Positions 1 through 11,542 of a stretch of DNA of 64,000 nucleotides are shown here, piece after piece. Under the pieces are notes generated by a model, which did not search any database, was not told where the DNA came from, and saw nothing but the letters and a program-made list of their open reading frames with translations. The stretch covers positions 124,001 to 188,000 of the IMG/VR virus record IMGVR_UViG_3300045970_000794; one strand, written 5' to 3'. Position numbers and translations under genes: made by a program. The stretch's first letter is position 1; each line of letters starts with the position of its first letter.

Positions 1-660
1 ATAATCTGATAGACCACTATAACTCAATATTTCACATTCCAATGTCTCACCAGAAACTGAATAATCAATATAATTTTCAGTGAAGTTACGTAAATCGAAT
101 AAATCAGTATGTAATGGTGTGATAAATCCACTATTAGTATAATTTATATCAAATTTATTTACAATATTGTTTATTGGAATTTTAAATGTTGAGAAATTAT
201 TAAGTGTATCATATGCATAATCTTGTACTGTATTACCAGTATATCCTTGATAATATCTATAAACGTATAATGATGCTGGCCATTCGGTTAATGTTTCCTC
301 TAATGCTACTCTAATGAACTCTCTAAATGAACCAAAGAAAGCATAATTAGTTAATTTTGTTTTATCTAAATTAAGTTTTAATTCTGTAGTACTAGGTAAT
401 ATAGAGATTGATTGATTTGTAGTTACATTTAAATCATTTAAACTATAAAAACTAGAAAACATTCTAGTATTGAATAGTTTAGAAATTCTAGGGTCAACAT
501 TTTCTGTAATCGTAAAATTACCGATAGTAAATAGAGCATCGCCACCTCCCTCGGTGAATTGCTGACCCACTAATGAGTCGCTAAAATTACGATATTCTAT
601 TCCTCCATCGTAGAATACTCTTTGAGCGTATCCAACTACTTTAACTCTACCAGTTCCCAT
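1..660 (-). CDS. Hypothetical virion-associated protein (partial, runs off the window start)
   Basis: ATG at 660 (MGTGRVKVVGYAQRVFYDGGIEYRNFSD...). The frame stays open to position 1. It follows 666..1571 after a 5-bp gap. Confidence 0.6.
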   Translation of the reverse strand, partial: MGTGRVKVVGYAQRVFYDGGIEYRNFSDSLVGQQFTEGGGDALFTIGNFTITENVDPRISKLFNTRMFSSFYSLNDLNVTTNQSISILPSTTELKLNLDKTKLTNYAFFGSFREFIRVALEETLTEWPASLYVYRYYQGYTGNTVQDYAYDTLNNFSTFKIPINNIVNKFDINYTNSGFITPLHTDLFDLRNFTENYIDYSVSGETLECEILSYSGLSDY

Positions 661-665
661 ATTAA

Positions 666-1571
666 TTATACATTAGTAATATCATTAAATTGTTTAGTGA
701 AATCAATAGAAGTTCTTTCTTCTCTAACCTCAAACAATGGTTTACCATTGAATTGTTCTTTGATTTCATATAAATTGTATTGTTTATAGATTTGACCTTC
801 GAAATTGTAAATAGTGTAAACACCATCTTCAAGTGATTTGGTTTGATTAGCTAATAACGCATATGCTAATGTTTCAATATCATGGTCAACTAATTCAATT
901 TCCAACATTATTGGATTGAAGAATGTATTAGTGATAATTACACTCTGACCAGCGGTTCCAATATATGGGGTCGCATTTGGTCTTACACTTGGTGATGATG
1001 ATGGTGAAACAGTACAAAACGTTAAAGTTCCATTATCATTAAATGAATATCTAGTACTAGAAATATTAGTATTTGATTGGTCGGCATTCACAGCCTCAAC
1101 TTTATTATTAGAAGTTACAATTCTAAAAAAATTATTAATTTTAACATCATCTGAATTAGCTGTTGAAAGATATTCAATACGATACCCAATTAATCCATTA
1201 TTAATAAATCGATTAACAAATTTCTGGTCAATTGTATTAATATCAAATACAATACCTTTATTATCTGGTAAATTACTTAATACACCACAATCAACAATAG
1301 TAGTTCTGATTTCAATCGGTTTTATTATTATGGTATAAATTCCTTTAAGGTTGAAATTAGCTGTTGGCAATTTCAATGTATATAAACCGCCAAATAATTC
1401 AACACTTGTATTATTTGGATTAGTAGTTTTAACTAATAAATCCTCACCATTGTATTTAGTTAGAACATTATCACCACTTTGACTTCTACTTGGTGTGAAG
1501 TGAACAAATATTTCAGCATCACTTGGTTGAATGTCGGCGGGTCTTACTGTCCCGTATGCGCCAGTTGCCAT
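666..1571 (-). CDS. Hypothetical structural protein
   Basis: 301-aa ORF tightly packed in the baseplate/virion operon. No recognisable motif. Confidence 0.5.
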   Translation of the reverse strand: MATGAYGTVRPADIQPSDAEIFVHFTPSRSQSGDNVLTKYNGEDLLVKTTNPNNTSVELFGGLYTLKLPTANFNLKGIYTIIIKPIEIRTTIVDCGVLSNLPDNKGIVFDINTIDQKFVNRFINNGLIGYRIEYLSTANSDDVKINNFFRIVTSNNKVEAVNADQSNTNISSTRYSFNDNGTLTFCTVSPSSSPSVRPNATPYIGTAGQSVIITNTFFNPIMLEIELVDHDIETLAYALLANQTKSLEDGVYTIYNFEGQIYKQYNLYEIKEQFNGKPLFEVREERTSIDFTKQFNDITNV

Positions 1572-1574
1572 ATT

Positions 1575-2519
1575 TTATAAATTATTTTTTACTACGTTAT
1601 AATATCCATTACCATATCGAACTAAATGTTCAACACTTTCAATTTCTGATAATCTTAGATGATTTTCAAGCGCACTCGTCACACCTCTATCTATAAATAC
1701 ATCAGTTTGAACTTCTGGTGAAGAAACTATTCCTAAATATATTTCTTCTTTTACAACCGCTGATAGTGTTGTATTACCTGAGTTCCAACCCTCACCAATA
1801 TATGAAATTGTTGTATTAACTTCTTCTGGCACATCAAAATCTAAACTATTCCTTAAATTAATTAAATTAGGGAAATAATTAATTATTTTATTATCACCGC
1901 TTAATGGATATGTTGTGTATTTAAACCCAGTTGTTTGATTTGGGGTTCCTATATTAGCATCAAAATTTGCTTTATTCACATATGTAATTGCAGATTGTGA
2001 TGGATTAATAGGGTTTTGTGGATGTGTAATTCTATTTCGACCATCAACTAAAATCCCCAAATAATTATTATAAACTTCAATATTAACATCAAAATTTTGA
2101 ATGTATTTATTAAGCCTATTATATGTATTGTATGCACCTAACTTAGAATCGGTAAATCCAGTTACTCGATACCCATAATTATAATAATGATTTGCTAATC
2201 TACCATCAACTCTTAAATCATCGTTAAAATTTGGTACAGTATAGCTAACACTAGTGCCATACATGAATGGAAATGTAAGTCCACTCATAGTTAAATTCTG
2301 TACTAAGTTATTATTCAAATTTGGTGAACCACCTATCGAAGCTGGAACAGCCCATGGCTCATCAACATATGGCATATCAGTAAAAATACCTAAATCATCA
2401 ATATTTTGAGTTAAAAACACATTTAAATGTATAGTCGAAGCAGTAATAGTCCCATAACTAATGTCTGGACTATGACTTTTAAGTGTTTCTAATAATATTT
2501 TTCGTTTAATTACTTCCAT
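1575..2519 (-). CDS. Hypothetical structural protein
   Basis: 314-aa ORF, overlapping start/stop with 2519..3331. Confidence 0.5.
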   Translation of the reverse strand: MEVIKRKILLETLKSHSPDISYGTITASTIHLNVFLTQNIDDLGIFTDMPYVDEPWAVPASIGGSPNLNNNLVQNLTMSGLTFPFMYGTSVSYTVPNFNDDLRVDGRLANHYYNYGYRVTGFTDSKLGAYNTYNRLNKYIQNFDVNIEVYNNYLGILVDGRNRITHPQNPINPSQSAITYVNKANFDANIGTPNQTTGFKYTTYPLSGDNKIINYFPNLINLRNSLDFDVPEEVNTTISYIGEGWNSGNTTLSAVVKEEIYLGIVSSPEVQTDVFIDRGVTSALENHLRLSEIESVEHLVRYGNGYYNVVKNNL

Positions 2520-3331
2520 TAGATTACGTTTGATTCATATAATTTAACTGTTACTTCATCTGGTGTGCTATAATCAACATTAGTTGAATATGTCTCATCA
2601 ATTGCATAATAATATCCGTCTGAATCCCTTTTTAGTAAATATTTAGTATGTAGATATTGTACTAAATCACCTAATATTATTGGACCTACCTTAGTAACTA
2701 ATTTGGTTGATTTCCCATCCTTTGCATTATTAAATTCAGCCTTCATATATAAAACTTTTGGTAATAATGGGTCTATATCGATATCATCTTTGTAATGATA
2801 AAGGTAAAACCCTTCAGCATACCCAGCTGGGTTCTTAATTGGGTTTGAGTATACAAATTTAACTGGTAAATTAAGTAAATTAGCGTAAGGGTCTTTTATA
2901 TTAACAAATAAATCCTGTACTGCAATCAAATTTTGGTCAGTTGGTATATCATTATCAAAAAATCTAAGCCTTAAAAAAGTATTTGATAGATTATTATTCC
3001 TAAATTTTAAATCATCATTAATAAATGAGTTATTAGTTGTTATATCACTAAATGTTGATATGTTAGTTGGTGTTGTTGCAGTAAAAACTAAACCATAATT
3101 AACAAATTTTAATAAATTCTGACTAGTTACACCAGAATATATTGGTAAAAACCTAACCCGTTCATTATCTACTGGTACATTTATTACATTTTTAACTTCT
3201 TTTTCAACAAAATTAGTCTTAATTAGCTCAGATTGGTCCACAGGAATGTAATCCATACTAATTGGAATGTTAATTGTTGTTGCAGTAACACCACTGAACT
3301 CAGAAAAATTTATTTTATACCTAGCAACCAT
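2519..3331 (-). CDS. Hypothetical structural protein
   Basis: 270-aa ORF with coupled overlaps to its neighbours. Confidence 0.5.
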   Translation of the reverse strand: MVARYKINFSEFSGVTATTINIPISMDYIPVDQSELIKTNFVEKEVKNVINVPVDNERVRFLPIYSGVTSQNLLKFVNYGLVFTATTPTNISTFSDITTNNSFINDDLKFRNNNLSNTFLRLRFFDNDIPTDQNLIAVQDLFVNIKDPYANLLNLPVKFVYSNPIKNPAGYAEGFYLYHYKDDIDIDPLLPKVLYMKAEFNNAKDGKSTKLVTKVGPIILGDLVQYLHTKYLLKRDSDGYYYAIDETYSTNVDYSTPDEVTVKLYESNVI

Positions 3332-5234
3332 TTGTTATTATATTATAGTTATAATTATCATCAAAAAATTTATCACCATATGGGTCTCGAGGAAATGTTG
3401 AATAATATAATCCATATTTACCGTATGGGTCTTGTCTTCTGAGTGATAAAATGTAATTTTTGTATATATAATGTGCACCGTTTAAAAATGGGTAATCAAC
3501 TAATTCACCATTAATTAAATATTGCTGACCAATATCCATGAAATCACGCCATACGAATCTGCCATCAGTAAATTCAGCGTAATCTGGTATATTAAACGTT
3601 CTTGCAACCTTCACAATTTCATTACCAATCATTTGTTCAGTCATACCAGTATTACCATATTCAACATAATTGGACCAACTTCTTAATTGAATCTTATAAT
3701 GTGGTTTATAATAGTAACCCTCTTGTCTTTGACCCATTGATATCGTTGAAGTAGTATAACCAGTCACATTAGTAAATGTAACACTTGAATTCATTGGTAT
3801 TGGTATATCTGAATTATAAGCTGGCTCACCCCATCCATTTAACGTTGAATATGTAATCGATGGTAAATAATCAATAACAGATATTGTAACTTGATTATTT
3901 GTTAAAACTCTATTATAAAGATTAAATCTATGATGAACTTCACCCAATACATTTTCAATGAAAGATTCTCGATTATATTCGACTACATCACCATAAAATA
4001 AAGTATCATTACCCAATATATCATCCTCAATTGGTGTGTGGGTCATAATTGGTGTTAAACCACCATCATGAATCCTATGAATATCAGATAAACCAAGATA
4101 ATCACCATTACCTTGCGCATCCGATTGAACATTGCTATTATATGGCATTTCAAGACCAGACTTAACATTGGTGAATATATTAGTTAATTTTGGGTCGGAT
4201 GATAAATCCGTTTTAACTATTGTTAAAAATAATTCAGTCAATGGCCTATTTCTATTATCTTTATAAGCTGAAACATCAATATCAACCGTTGTTCCAGAAC
4301 CACCATTAAATACAAATTGATATTGAGTATCATTGTATATTGTATTTGAAAATACTAATGGAAATATCTCATAATCATTACTTTCAGTTATTCTCTTTAA
4401 GATTCTAAAATAATATTCAGAATCAGCACCATTATACACTTTTTTCATCCTAGTAGCGATGAAACTAGGCATTATGAATGGTGTTGTTGATAATAATGAT
4501 TTATCTATTATGAATACATAATCAGTCATCGTACCATCTGGTAAACCGTTGTTCTTAACTGTAAAGGTTGTACCAGTTTGGGACCCGATAATACCAAAAT
4601 TAATGATTTTAACTTTATCACCCTCTTGTAACCCATGTTTTATTGGTGTATAGAACGCTAATAATGGTCTACCACCTAAGTTTACTACTTGAACATCAAC
4701 TATTTTTAAACCACCATCAACTAAAAAATGTTTTGTATCAGCTGAATAAGGGTATGTTACCATTAATTCCCAATTAGATTGGTCTCTGGTAATCATTTCA
4801 AATTTATCCTTTTTAGGATTTAATTCAACTCGATTAATCGTATTACTTTGACCAGTTAATATTTTAGGTTCATAACCATACCAACCATCCTTTTCTTTTA
4901 AATAATAATCCAATGATTCATTGTATATTAAAAGCCTTTCACCTACATCTTGCCTATCTCTAAATTCTGAATCTTGGAAGCTAGCTAAACTATCTGGACC
5001 CGTGGTATTATGTAATGTATTGTGAAATAATGTATTCACATTACCAAAAATTCTATATTTAGTTGCTTCTTGACGTTCAGTACTATATAATTCACCTTGA
5101 TTAATAATATAATTAATATCAGTATCTGGTATTAATTTATTACTATTAACCAATAGCACTTTAGTCGAAAAATCAGAATTAATCGATGTTACACTATTTG
5201 TTTTATCTCTTCTTTTGGTAAATCTAGTTTCCAT
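3321..5234 (-). CDS. Hypothetical structural (baseplate-associated) protein
   Basis: 637-aa beta-rich ORF in the virion operon. Confidence 0.5.
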   Translation of the reverse strand: METRFTKRRDKTNSVTSINSDFSTKVLLVNSNKLIPDTDINYIINQGELYSTERQEATKYRIFGNVNTLFHNTLHNTTGPDSLASFQDSEFRDRQDVGERLLIYNESLDYYLKEKDGWYGYEPKILTGQSNTINRVELNPKKDKFEMITRDQSNWELMVTYPYSADTKHFLVDGGLKIVDVQVVNLGGRPLLAFYTPIKHGLQEGDKVKIINFGIIGSQTGTTFTVKNNGLPDGTMTDYVFIIDKSLLSTTPFIMPSFIATRMKKVYNGADSEYYFRILKRITESNDYEIFPLVFSNTIYNDTQYQFVFNGGSGTTVDIDVSAYKDNRNRPLTELFLTIVKTDLSSDPKLTNIFTNVKSGLEMPYNSNVQSDAQGNGDYLGLSDIHRIHDGGLTPIMTHTPIEDDILGNDTLFYGDVVEYNRESFIENVLGEVHHRFNLYNRVLTNNQVTISVIDYLPSITYSTLNGWGEPAYNSDIPIPMNSSVTFTNVTGYTTSTISMGQRQEGYYYKPHYKIQLRSWSNYVEYGNTGMTEQMIGNEIVKVARTFNIPDYAEFTDGRFVWRDFMDIGQQYLINGELVDYPFLNGAHYIYKNYILSLRRQDPYGKYGLYYSTFPRDPYGDKFFDDNYNYNIITNGC

Positions 5235-5235
5235 A

Positions 5236-8200
5236 TTAATTTACTAGCACATTATTTATTATTGATGTACAACCATTTCCATCTGTTACTGTAAATGTGT
5301 ATTCAAATACTGATGTTGGTACATGTACCAAGAAATTAGGTACGGATACGTTAAAACTAACATTATCACTACCACCAGTGCTAATATTTGATGCATTCAA
5401 TACTAATGCCCCAGCACCGCCAACAATATCACCAGTTACATGTGCAATACCAAATGAAATTGACCCTACATTTATATTTGAAAGAATCAATTCATTAGGT
5501 CTAGTAAGATTTACTGTTTGGGTTGCTACAGTACAATTATTACCATCTTTTAATCCAATTGTATGTGAACCATACGCTAATCCAGTTTTATGGTATACTG
5601 TTGAATTTTGTGGCACTGAATTGACTCCATCAACAATAAATGTATATGGTGTTGTTCCACCAGCAGCAATCATATTAATAGCACCATCAGTACTAGAATA
5701 ACAGCTAACATTAAATCCATTATAATAACTTAAAGTTTTTGATAAAGTTAATTGTGATGGTTGAGTCATAACTGTTGTTGTTGACCATGTATCTAAATGT
5801 GAATCAGTAATGACTATATTATAAGCTCCAGCTGATAAATTTGTTAAATTAAATGTATTATAGACAGTACCAGTAGGTTGATGAGTCACAGCTATTGTAT
5901 ATGGTGGTGTACCACCATTGGCCATAATAGTCATTGTACCATTACTAGAATTATAGCATGCTAACATACTTTGTTGTGATATAGAACCTACTAATTGTGT
6001 TGGTTCCGAAATATTTAAATTACTTACTTGTGGTAATGAACCACCAGAATCAGTAACAGTTAAAACGTAATCACCAGTTGGTAAATTTGTAAATATATTT
6101 ACACAAGCTTGAAATCCACAATATAGTATATGTGTAATAGGGTTTGTTGATGGGCCAACTAATGTCATTGTATATGTTGGCGTACCACCGACAATATAAT
6201 TTACATTGATTGTACCAGTACCACCAAAAGTATAAGCATTAGTAACACTAGTTCCAAAAGATATTCCAACAGGTTCAATAATGATAACAGTAATTGTAGC
6301 TATTTTATTACTATTATCAACAACTTTAATAATATATGTTCCAGCCGCTAAGTTAGGAATCAATAAAGTGTTTGTAAATTGGACTCCATTAAATCCATAT
6401 ATTACTTGTCCATTTAATGTTACATAAGCAAGATATGGTGTAATGCCACCCTCAGCATCAATTGTGATAGTACCATCAATACCATTAGTAGTTGTAACAT
6501 TGGTTGCACTATAATTAATCATAAAATCATTTTCAACTGGAAAATCACAATCAGTAAAATACTTGTTATTTAACTTATCTAAACTAGTTTTACCAATATG
6601 CAATCCAAAATAGAAATAATATGAATTATTATATGGTAATGAAGAACCACTAGCACTAGGTATAAAAGTACTTACCATACCATTAAAGCCTTGTGCTTGA
6701 TAGCTTTCAGCATCACCAAGTCCAAATTGTAAATGATTTGGTGAAAAATGTCTATAACTATTATGCCATTCATCTTCTGGTGCTGTAGGTAATAAACCAG
6801 TTACATTCATATGTCTTAATGACCTTCTAACAAATTCATTTTCAATTTCCTTATCATCAATAATTCCATCACCTGGCCATGCATCATTTGCAAAATAATC
6901 ATATGGTGCTAAATTATCTTCATCAAGTCCACGACCAATCTCACAAATTAGTCTAATATTTTTACAATGGCGTTTATATAATTTAACACCTTTACAGTTT
7001 AAATAAAATAATACTGGCTCAATACATGACACTGTTTCATCTTTTTGGAAAACAAGATTCCCACTAGTACCACCAATTGGAGGAAATTTATATGTTGTTG
7101 GTGTTAAAAATTGATGAATAACGGGTGTTCCATAAATATTCCATTCTGTTGCACTACCTAGTAATGTAATATCAGTAGCAAATAATTTCATATAACCATC
7201 ATGTGATGAACTAGCATAATATAAATTACCATCTTGTCGTTTAATTAATCCTTCTTTGAAAGTATATTTTGTTGATACCACATTATCACATGAATTTGGC
7301 AATGTTGATAATAAACTAGTTAATGTACTTGGGTCTGGGTCCTCGCATTGAGTAGAATTCATTGCACATGAATCAAATTGAATTGTTTTGTTGCATGAAT
7401 TATCAGCAACACCATCATTATTACCATCAGCTGCGTTTGGGAAGCCTACACCACCACTATACCAATCTTCACAATCATATGCACAATATTTTATTTTACC
7501 ATTATCTTTTTGTTTAAATTTAAATAAAAACGCATATAATGCACCATTCACCCAATCATTATAGAAATCAAACCTATAAATGTTCATTGAATCAGCTAAT
7601 TCAGCCTGTTTACATGCCATATATAATTCAGTAGCATTTTCTATAACATATAAACCACTATTACAGTCATTAATTACATAAGCACCATTACATTCACTAC
7701 CATCATTACTAGTACCACAATATTCATAACCTGGTATATATTGAAGATTATCAAGACCACATTCTAGAATTATTGGCTTAACATAATTTATCATACACGT
7801 ACAACAATCATCACACGTACCTGTACTACAAATACACCAACCAAAAGTACTTAAAGTTGTACAAACCGTTTTCAATATACCATTAATTGAATGTATTACC
7901 CAATTTAACGCATAAATTATCGCACCATTTATTAATGCAATTATCTCAATAACTAATCCCATTATTAAACACATAAGTACGAACATTGGGTCCGTTTTAG
8001 TATCAGACCTATTATATGGGAATTCAGTAAATGTTTCACAATCATCAACATTTTTAATGCCGATGAAATTTCTAGATTCAACTGGTTTAACAAGTGAAAA
8101 CCTTCTTTGTATTCTAGGTATGAAGTTTCTAACTGTATAAATATTATTCCATATTAAATCAGTGAAATTATTATTAATATCTGGTGTTTCTGGACTAAAA

Positions 8201-9372
8201 GAATAATCACCTTCAATATTTGCTGGTGGATTATTTGGGACTAAAAATTTTGCTCTAGTTCTTAATCTACCCTCACCACCAGTATTATCCATACTAATTC
8301 TAAATCTAACTCTAGCTCTAGTAGCAACACCTTTTTTAGGGTTTTCAGATGGAATAATATCACCAAATTCATCAGTGATAATATAATCTATATTCATTGG
8401 TACTGGAACAACCCAAGCACCGTCTTCATCAATGTTTCTACCACCGTCAACAGTAAAATTTTCAACAGGGCTATCAGTTTTAGAATTAACTTTACGAATT
8501 AATTCAATTTTACCTTCACTTGTAGTTGTTTCAGACATTTTACCCATTTTAATTCTAGGTCTACAATGCTTATTAACACTATTTTTTTCTGAATCACTGA
8601 AGATACTACCAATAAAATAAGCTACTGGTTCAATTCTATATGGTAAATCAATATCATATCGGTTAATACCAATATTACACTCATCAGTATCACCCCAGAA
8701 CGATAAAATATCAATAGTATTGTTTTCTGTAATGATTTGTGGTAATCTATTTAAATCAGTATCAGTTTTAAACTTAGTTGGACTGTCAAAATCTTCTGGA
8801 TTTGACCCATTTCTAATCATATCAGAAGGTTTTTGTGATAAAATACCAATATCTGATAAATCAACATCAATGTGAATGTTTTGATTACCTACTGGTACAC
8901 CACAAATCATGTAATCACCAGCTTTATTGGTTGATGTGGTGTATTTATAATATTTTTCAAATATTTCCAACACATCATTATTATCCAAAACTTCTCTTTT
9001 ATTCGGGAAGCTTCCGACTGGAACATGGCATTTGGTTTGTCTGTTTTTTGGTAGTAAATTATATCTTAAACCATCTGAATCTTTATCGGAATACGCTTTA
9101 AATGGATAAACCGAACTAATTAATGGATTTGATTCATCATCATCGGATAATGGAATGAATATTGATACTTTAGCGTTAGGCACGCCAAGGCCACCATTAA
9201 CAGTTACTCGACCAACCACTACACCATAATCAGCGCAATGCTTAGGATATACATCATCTTGAGAAATTTTCAATGATAATATCTTAATAAAGTCGAAGTC
9301 CTGTTGTATTGGAACTTTAATGTATGTATCCCCACCATTAGGCGTAGTTCTAACTCTTATTGTTTCACCCAT
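5236..9372 (-). CDS. Large virion protein with an N-terminal carboxypeptidase-regulatory-like beta domain, a central hydrophobic Cys-rich region and C-terminal SprB-like repeats
   Basis: GRVTVNGGLGVPNAKVSIF near the N-terminus. Repeats such as CYNSSNGTMTIMANGGTPPYT and CYSSTDGAINMIAAGGTTPYTF match the SprB adhesin repeat pattern. Confidence 0.6.
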   Translation of the reverse strand: MGETIRVRTTPNGGDTYIKVPIQQDFDFIKILSLKISQDDVYPKHCADYGVVVGRVTVNGGLGVPNAKVSIFIPLSDDDESNPLISSVYPFKAYSDKDSDGLRYNLLPKNRQTKCHVPVGSFPNKREVLDNNDVLEIFEKYYKYTTSTNKAGDYMICGVPVGNQNIHIDVDLSDIGILSQKPSDMIRNGSNPEDFDSPTKFKTDTDLNRLPQIITENNTIDILSFWGDTDECNIGINRYDIDLPYRIEPVAYFIGSIFSDSEKNSVNKHCRPRIKMGKMSETTTSEGKIELIRKVNSKTDSPVENFTVDGGRNIDEDGAWVVPVPMNIDYIITDEFGDIIPSENPKKGVATRARVRFRISMDNTGGEGRLRTRAKFLVPNNPPANIEGDYSFSPETPDINNNFTDLIWNNIYTVRNFIPRIQRRFSLVKPVESRNFIGIKNVDDCETFTEFPYNRSDTKTDPMFVLMCLIMGLVIEIIALINGAIIYALNWVIHSINGILKTVCTTLSTFGWCICSTGTCDDCCTCMINYVKPIILECGLDNLQYIPGYEYCGTSNDGSECNGAYVINDCNSGLYVIENATELYMACKQAELADSMNIYRFDFYNDWVNGALYAFLFKFKQKDNGKIKYCAYDCEDWYSGGVGFPNAADGNNDGVADNSCNKTIQFDSCAMNSTQCEDPDPSTLTSLLSTLPNSCDNVVSTKYTFKEGLIKRQDGNLYYASSSHDGYMKLFATDITLLGSATEWNIYGTPVIHQFLTPTTYKFPPIGGTSGNLVFQKDETVSCIEPVLFYLNCKGVKLYKRHCKNIRLICEIGRGLDEDNLAPYDYFANDAWPGDGIIDDKEIENEFVRRSLRHMNVTGLLPTAPEDEWHNSYRHFSPNHLQFGLGDAESYQAQGFNGMVSTFIPSASGSSLPYNNSYYFYFGLHIGKTSLDKLNNKYFTDCDFPVENDFMINYSATNVTTTNGIDGTITIDAEGGITPYLAYVTLNGQVIYGFNGVQFTNTLLIPNLAAGTYIIKVVDNSNKIATITVIIIEPVGISFGTSVTNAYTFGGTGTINVNYIVGGTPTYTMTLVGPSTNPITHILYCGFQACVNIFTNLPTGDYVLTVTDSGGSLPQVSNLNISEPTQLVGSISQQSMLACYNSSNGTMTIMANGGTPPYTIAVTHQPTGTVYNTFNLTNLSAGAYNIVITDSHLDTWSTTTVMTQPSQLTLSKTLSYYNGFNVSCYSSTDGAINMIAAGGTTPYTFIVDGVNSVPQNSTVYHKTGLAYGSHTIGLKDGNNCTVATQTVNLTRPNELILSNINVGSISFGIAHVTGDIVGGAGALVLNASNISTGGSDNVSFNVSVPNFLVHVPTSVFEYTFTVTDGNGCTSIINNVLVN

Positions 9373-9388
9373 ATTCTATAATATATTT

Positions 9389-9658
9389 TTATTCACCTAA
9401 AATTGCTACATTTTTAGATGGTTTGCTTTTAATTTTTTTAAACATTTCACTAATACTAATATTTTTCTTCAATACAAACTTATTAAATAGAATTGCTATC
9501 ATTATTGGTATTGATAAAGGTACGAATATTAATGTCACTAAGAAAATGAAAAATCCTGTGATTCTATTCATTGTCTTATGTTCTGTTTGAGCTATCTCAG
9601 TATCATTAACAATCACTTGCCCAGAACTTTTTTGTTGTTTGCATTTAGTACATCCCAT
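9389..9658 (-). CDS. Small membrane protein
   Basis: 89 aa. CxxC at the N-terminus and one long hydrophobic segment (GFFIFLVTLIFVPLSIPIMIAILF). Confidence 0.5.
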   Translation of the reverse strand: MGCTKCKQQKSSGQVIVNDTEIAQTEHKTMNRITGFFIFLVTLIFVPLSIPIMIAILFNKFVLKKNISISEMFKKIKSKPSKNVAILGE

Positions 9659-9705
9659 AATTAATTTTTATTAAAATATAATCTTTTTAATAGTAAAAGG
9701 AAATA

Positions 9706-11532
9706 TTATGCTGTTTTAACTCTGACAATTATGTCGGAATCTGGATGCGAAACTTCGAACATACTTGTTGGTTCACCAAATAAAGTAAATTGCCCTAATA
9801 AATCAATTTGTCTAGTTGCCTCATCACTGTAAGGTTGTGAAATTTGATTATATGAATAACCACCAGGTTCACCAACTTTATTATAAACTCTCAAGTCAAT
9901 AACATTCAGCACACCAGAAACATTATTAATTTGCTCTAGTAATTGAGAGAAATAAATATTTTCACCCATACCGTGAGAATTAATATCCATAAATGTTGTT
10001 ACTTTATTAATAACTTCAGACATTACTTGACTTCTAGGTATTTGTTTCTCGATAAATAAATCAATCTCAAAACTTAAATTAACAACCCGACCATTATTTA
10101 TTTCAATATAATCATTAAGCATTCGATAATCCGATAAATATTCAGCTAAATTTTGCTTCATAGTAGAAGTAGTTGAATTTGATAATTTACCAGATTCATC
10201 TAAACCAATAACATATATGTTAATTTTATTTTGTTCTTCAAAAACACCACAACGGAATGGTACACCAAATTCACCAGGCATTAATGCAATTCTAGAATGA
10301 TAATCCTTAATAGTTACCGCTCTATTTTGAGCTGAGAAATTATATTTAATCAAATATCTAATTTCTTCAATACTTAATTCATCTTTTCCACCAATTGCTG
10401 GTGTTGGATTATTCACTTTTAATGATGCTTTAACTTGATTAACTATCGTTTGGCTACTACCATTGTTGATTATTTGAACATTACCAAGTTTAGTTAATAC
10501 ATTAGGCCCGATATTAGTATCGGCACCACCACCGACTCTATATTGAACGAACATTGTTTTATTTGGTGATGGAATCTCACCCAATGCAATATTATTGATA
10601 ATATCACCAATTCGCTCAACAAGACTTGCTGATATTTGGAAATCGCATAATGAACTAGTATCAGAAACGCCAGCACCGAAAATTAATTTAAGGAATCCTA
10701 AATTAGTGTATTCAGTTATGAATCTTCTATCAACATGTAAATATTTACCACCCTTAACACCAGAATTATCAGATACAACATTAGGGTCCTCAATAAAAAC
10801 CTTATCTTCAGCCAATGCATCTACTTCGAACCATCTATTATCTAAACTAAAGAATTGGTCCAGTGTTGGTGTAACAGTCCAATTAGTACCTTCTAAAGTT
10901 ATTACAGAATCAATTGATAAAACGTTGCTATCTGGTAATATTATCTCCATAAATGGCTTAACATCACTAGTATTAATTGTTTTAGTATAAATCTTTGTTG
11001 AACCATTAACTACTAATTCTCTTTTGGTTATTTCATAACTAGTAATTGTTTGGTTATTATCAATTATCGGTATTATTATTCTATTTGGTATACCACCAGT
11101 GGTAAAAGGTGACGTAAAATCAATATCATCAACAGCTTCAAATACTTTACCACCACCCATTACTTGAGCACCACGTCTAATTAAAGGGCAATATGATAAA
11201 TCGAATGTATCACCAAATGGTGGAACTGTTACCGTAAAATCACATATTGTAACTGATGGCCTTTTTCCTGGTATTTTCAATCCATATGTTCTAGCCAATG
11301 AAAGCATTGAATTTCTTTCTTGAGCATAATCAATTTGGGTTTCTTGAAACATACGGTCAGTATGGTAACTTAGCATATCAGCAACAGCTGCATTTAATTC
11401 TATTAACATCATACCAACGGATGCATCATTGAAATCGTTGAAGATTTCTGGGTAATATTGCCTTACAAAATTGATTAATTCGGTTCTTGCATCAGCAAAA
11501 TTACGTGCAAAATAATTTATCTTTTTAGCCAT
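9706..11532 (-). CDS. Baseplate wedge subunit (T4 gp6 / baseplate J-like)
   Basis: YFARNFADARTELINF, DMLSYHTDRMFQE, YRVGGG, GGKDELSIEEIR and QNRAVTIKDY are typical gp6/J-like motifs. Adjacent to the gp25-like gene. Confidence 0.85.
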   Translation of the reverse strand: MAKKINYFARNFADARTELINFVRQYYPEIFNDFNDASVGMMLIELNAAVADMLSYHTDRMFQETQIDYAQERNSMLSLARTYGLKIPGKRPSVTICDFTVTVPPFGDTFDLSYCPLIRRGAQVMGGGKVFEAVDDIDFTSPFTTGGIPNRIIIPIIDNNQTITSYEITKRELVVNGSTKIYTKTINTSDVKPFMEIILPDSNVLSIDSVITLEGTNWTVTPTLDQFFSLDNRWFEVDALAEDKVFIEDPNVVSDNSGVKGGKYLHVDRRFITEYTNLGFLKLIFGAGVSDTSSLCDFQISASLVERIGDIINNIALGEIPSPNKTMFVQYRVGGGADTNIGPNVLTKLGNVQIINNGSSQTIVNQVKASLKVNNPTPAIGGKDELSIEEIRYLIKYNFSAQNRAVTIKDYHSRIALMPGEFGVPFRCGVFEEQNKINIYVIGLDESGKLSNSTTSTMKQNLAEYLSDYRMLNDYIEINNGRVVNLSFEIDLFIEKQIPRSQVMSEVINKVTTFMDINSHGMGENIYFSQLLEQINNVSGVLNVIDLRVYNKVGEPGGYSYNQISQPYSDEATRQIDLLGQFTLFGEPTSMFEVSHPDSDIIVRVKTA

Positions 11533-11542
11533 ATATTGTTTA

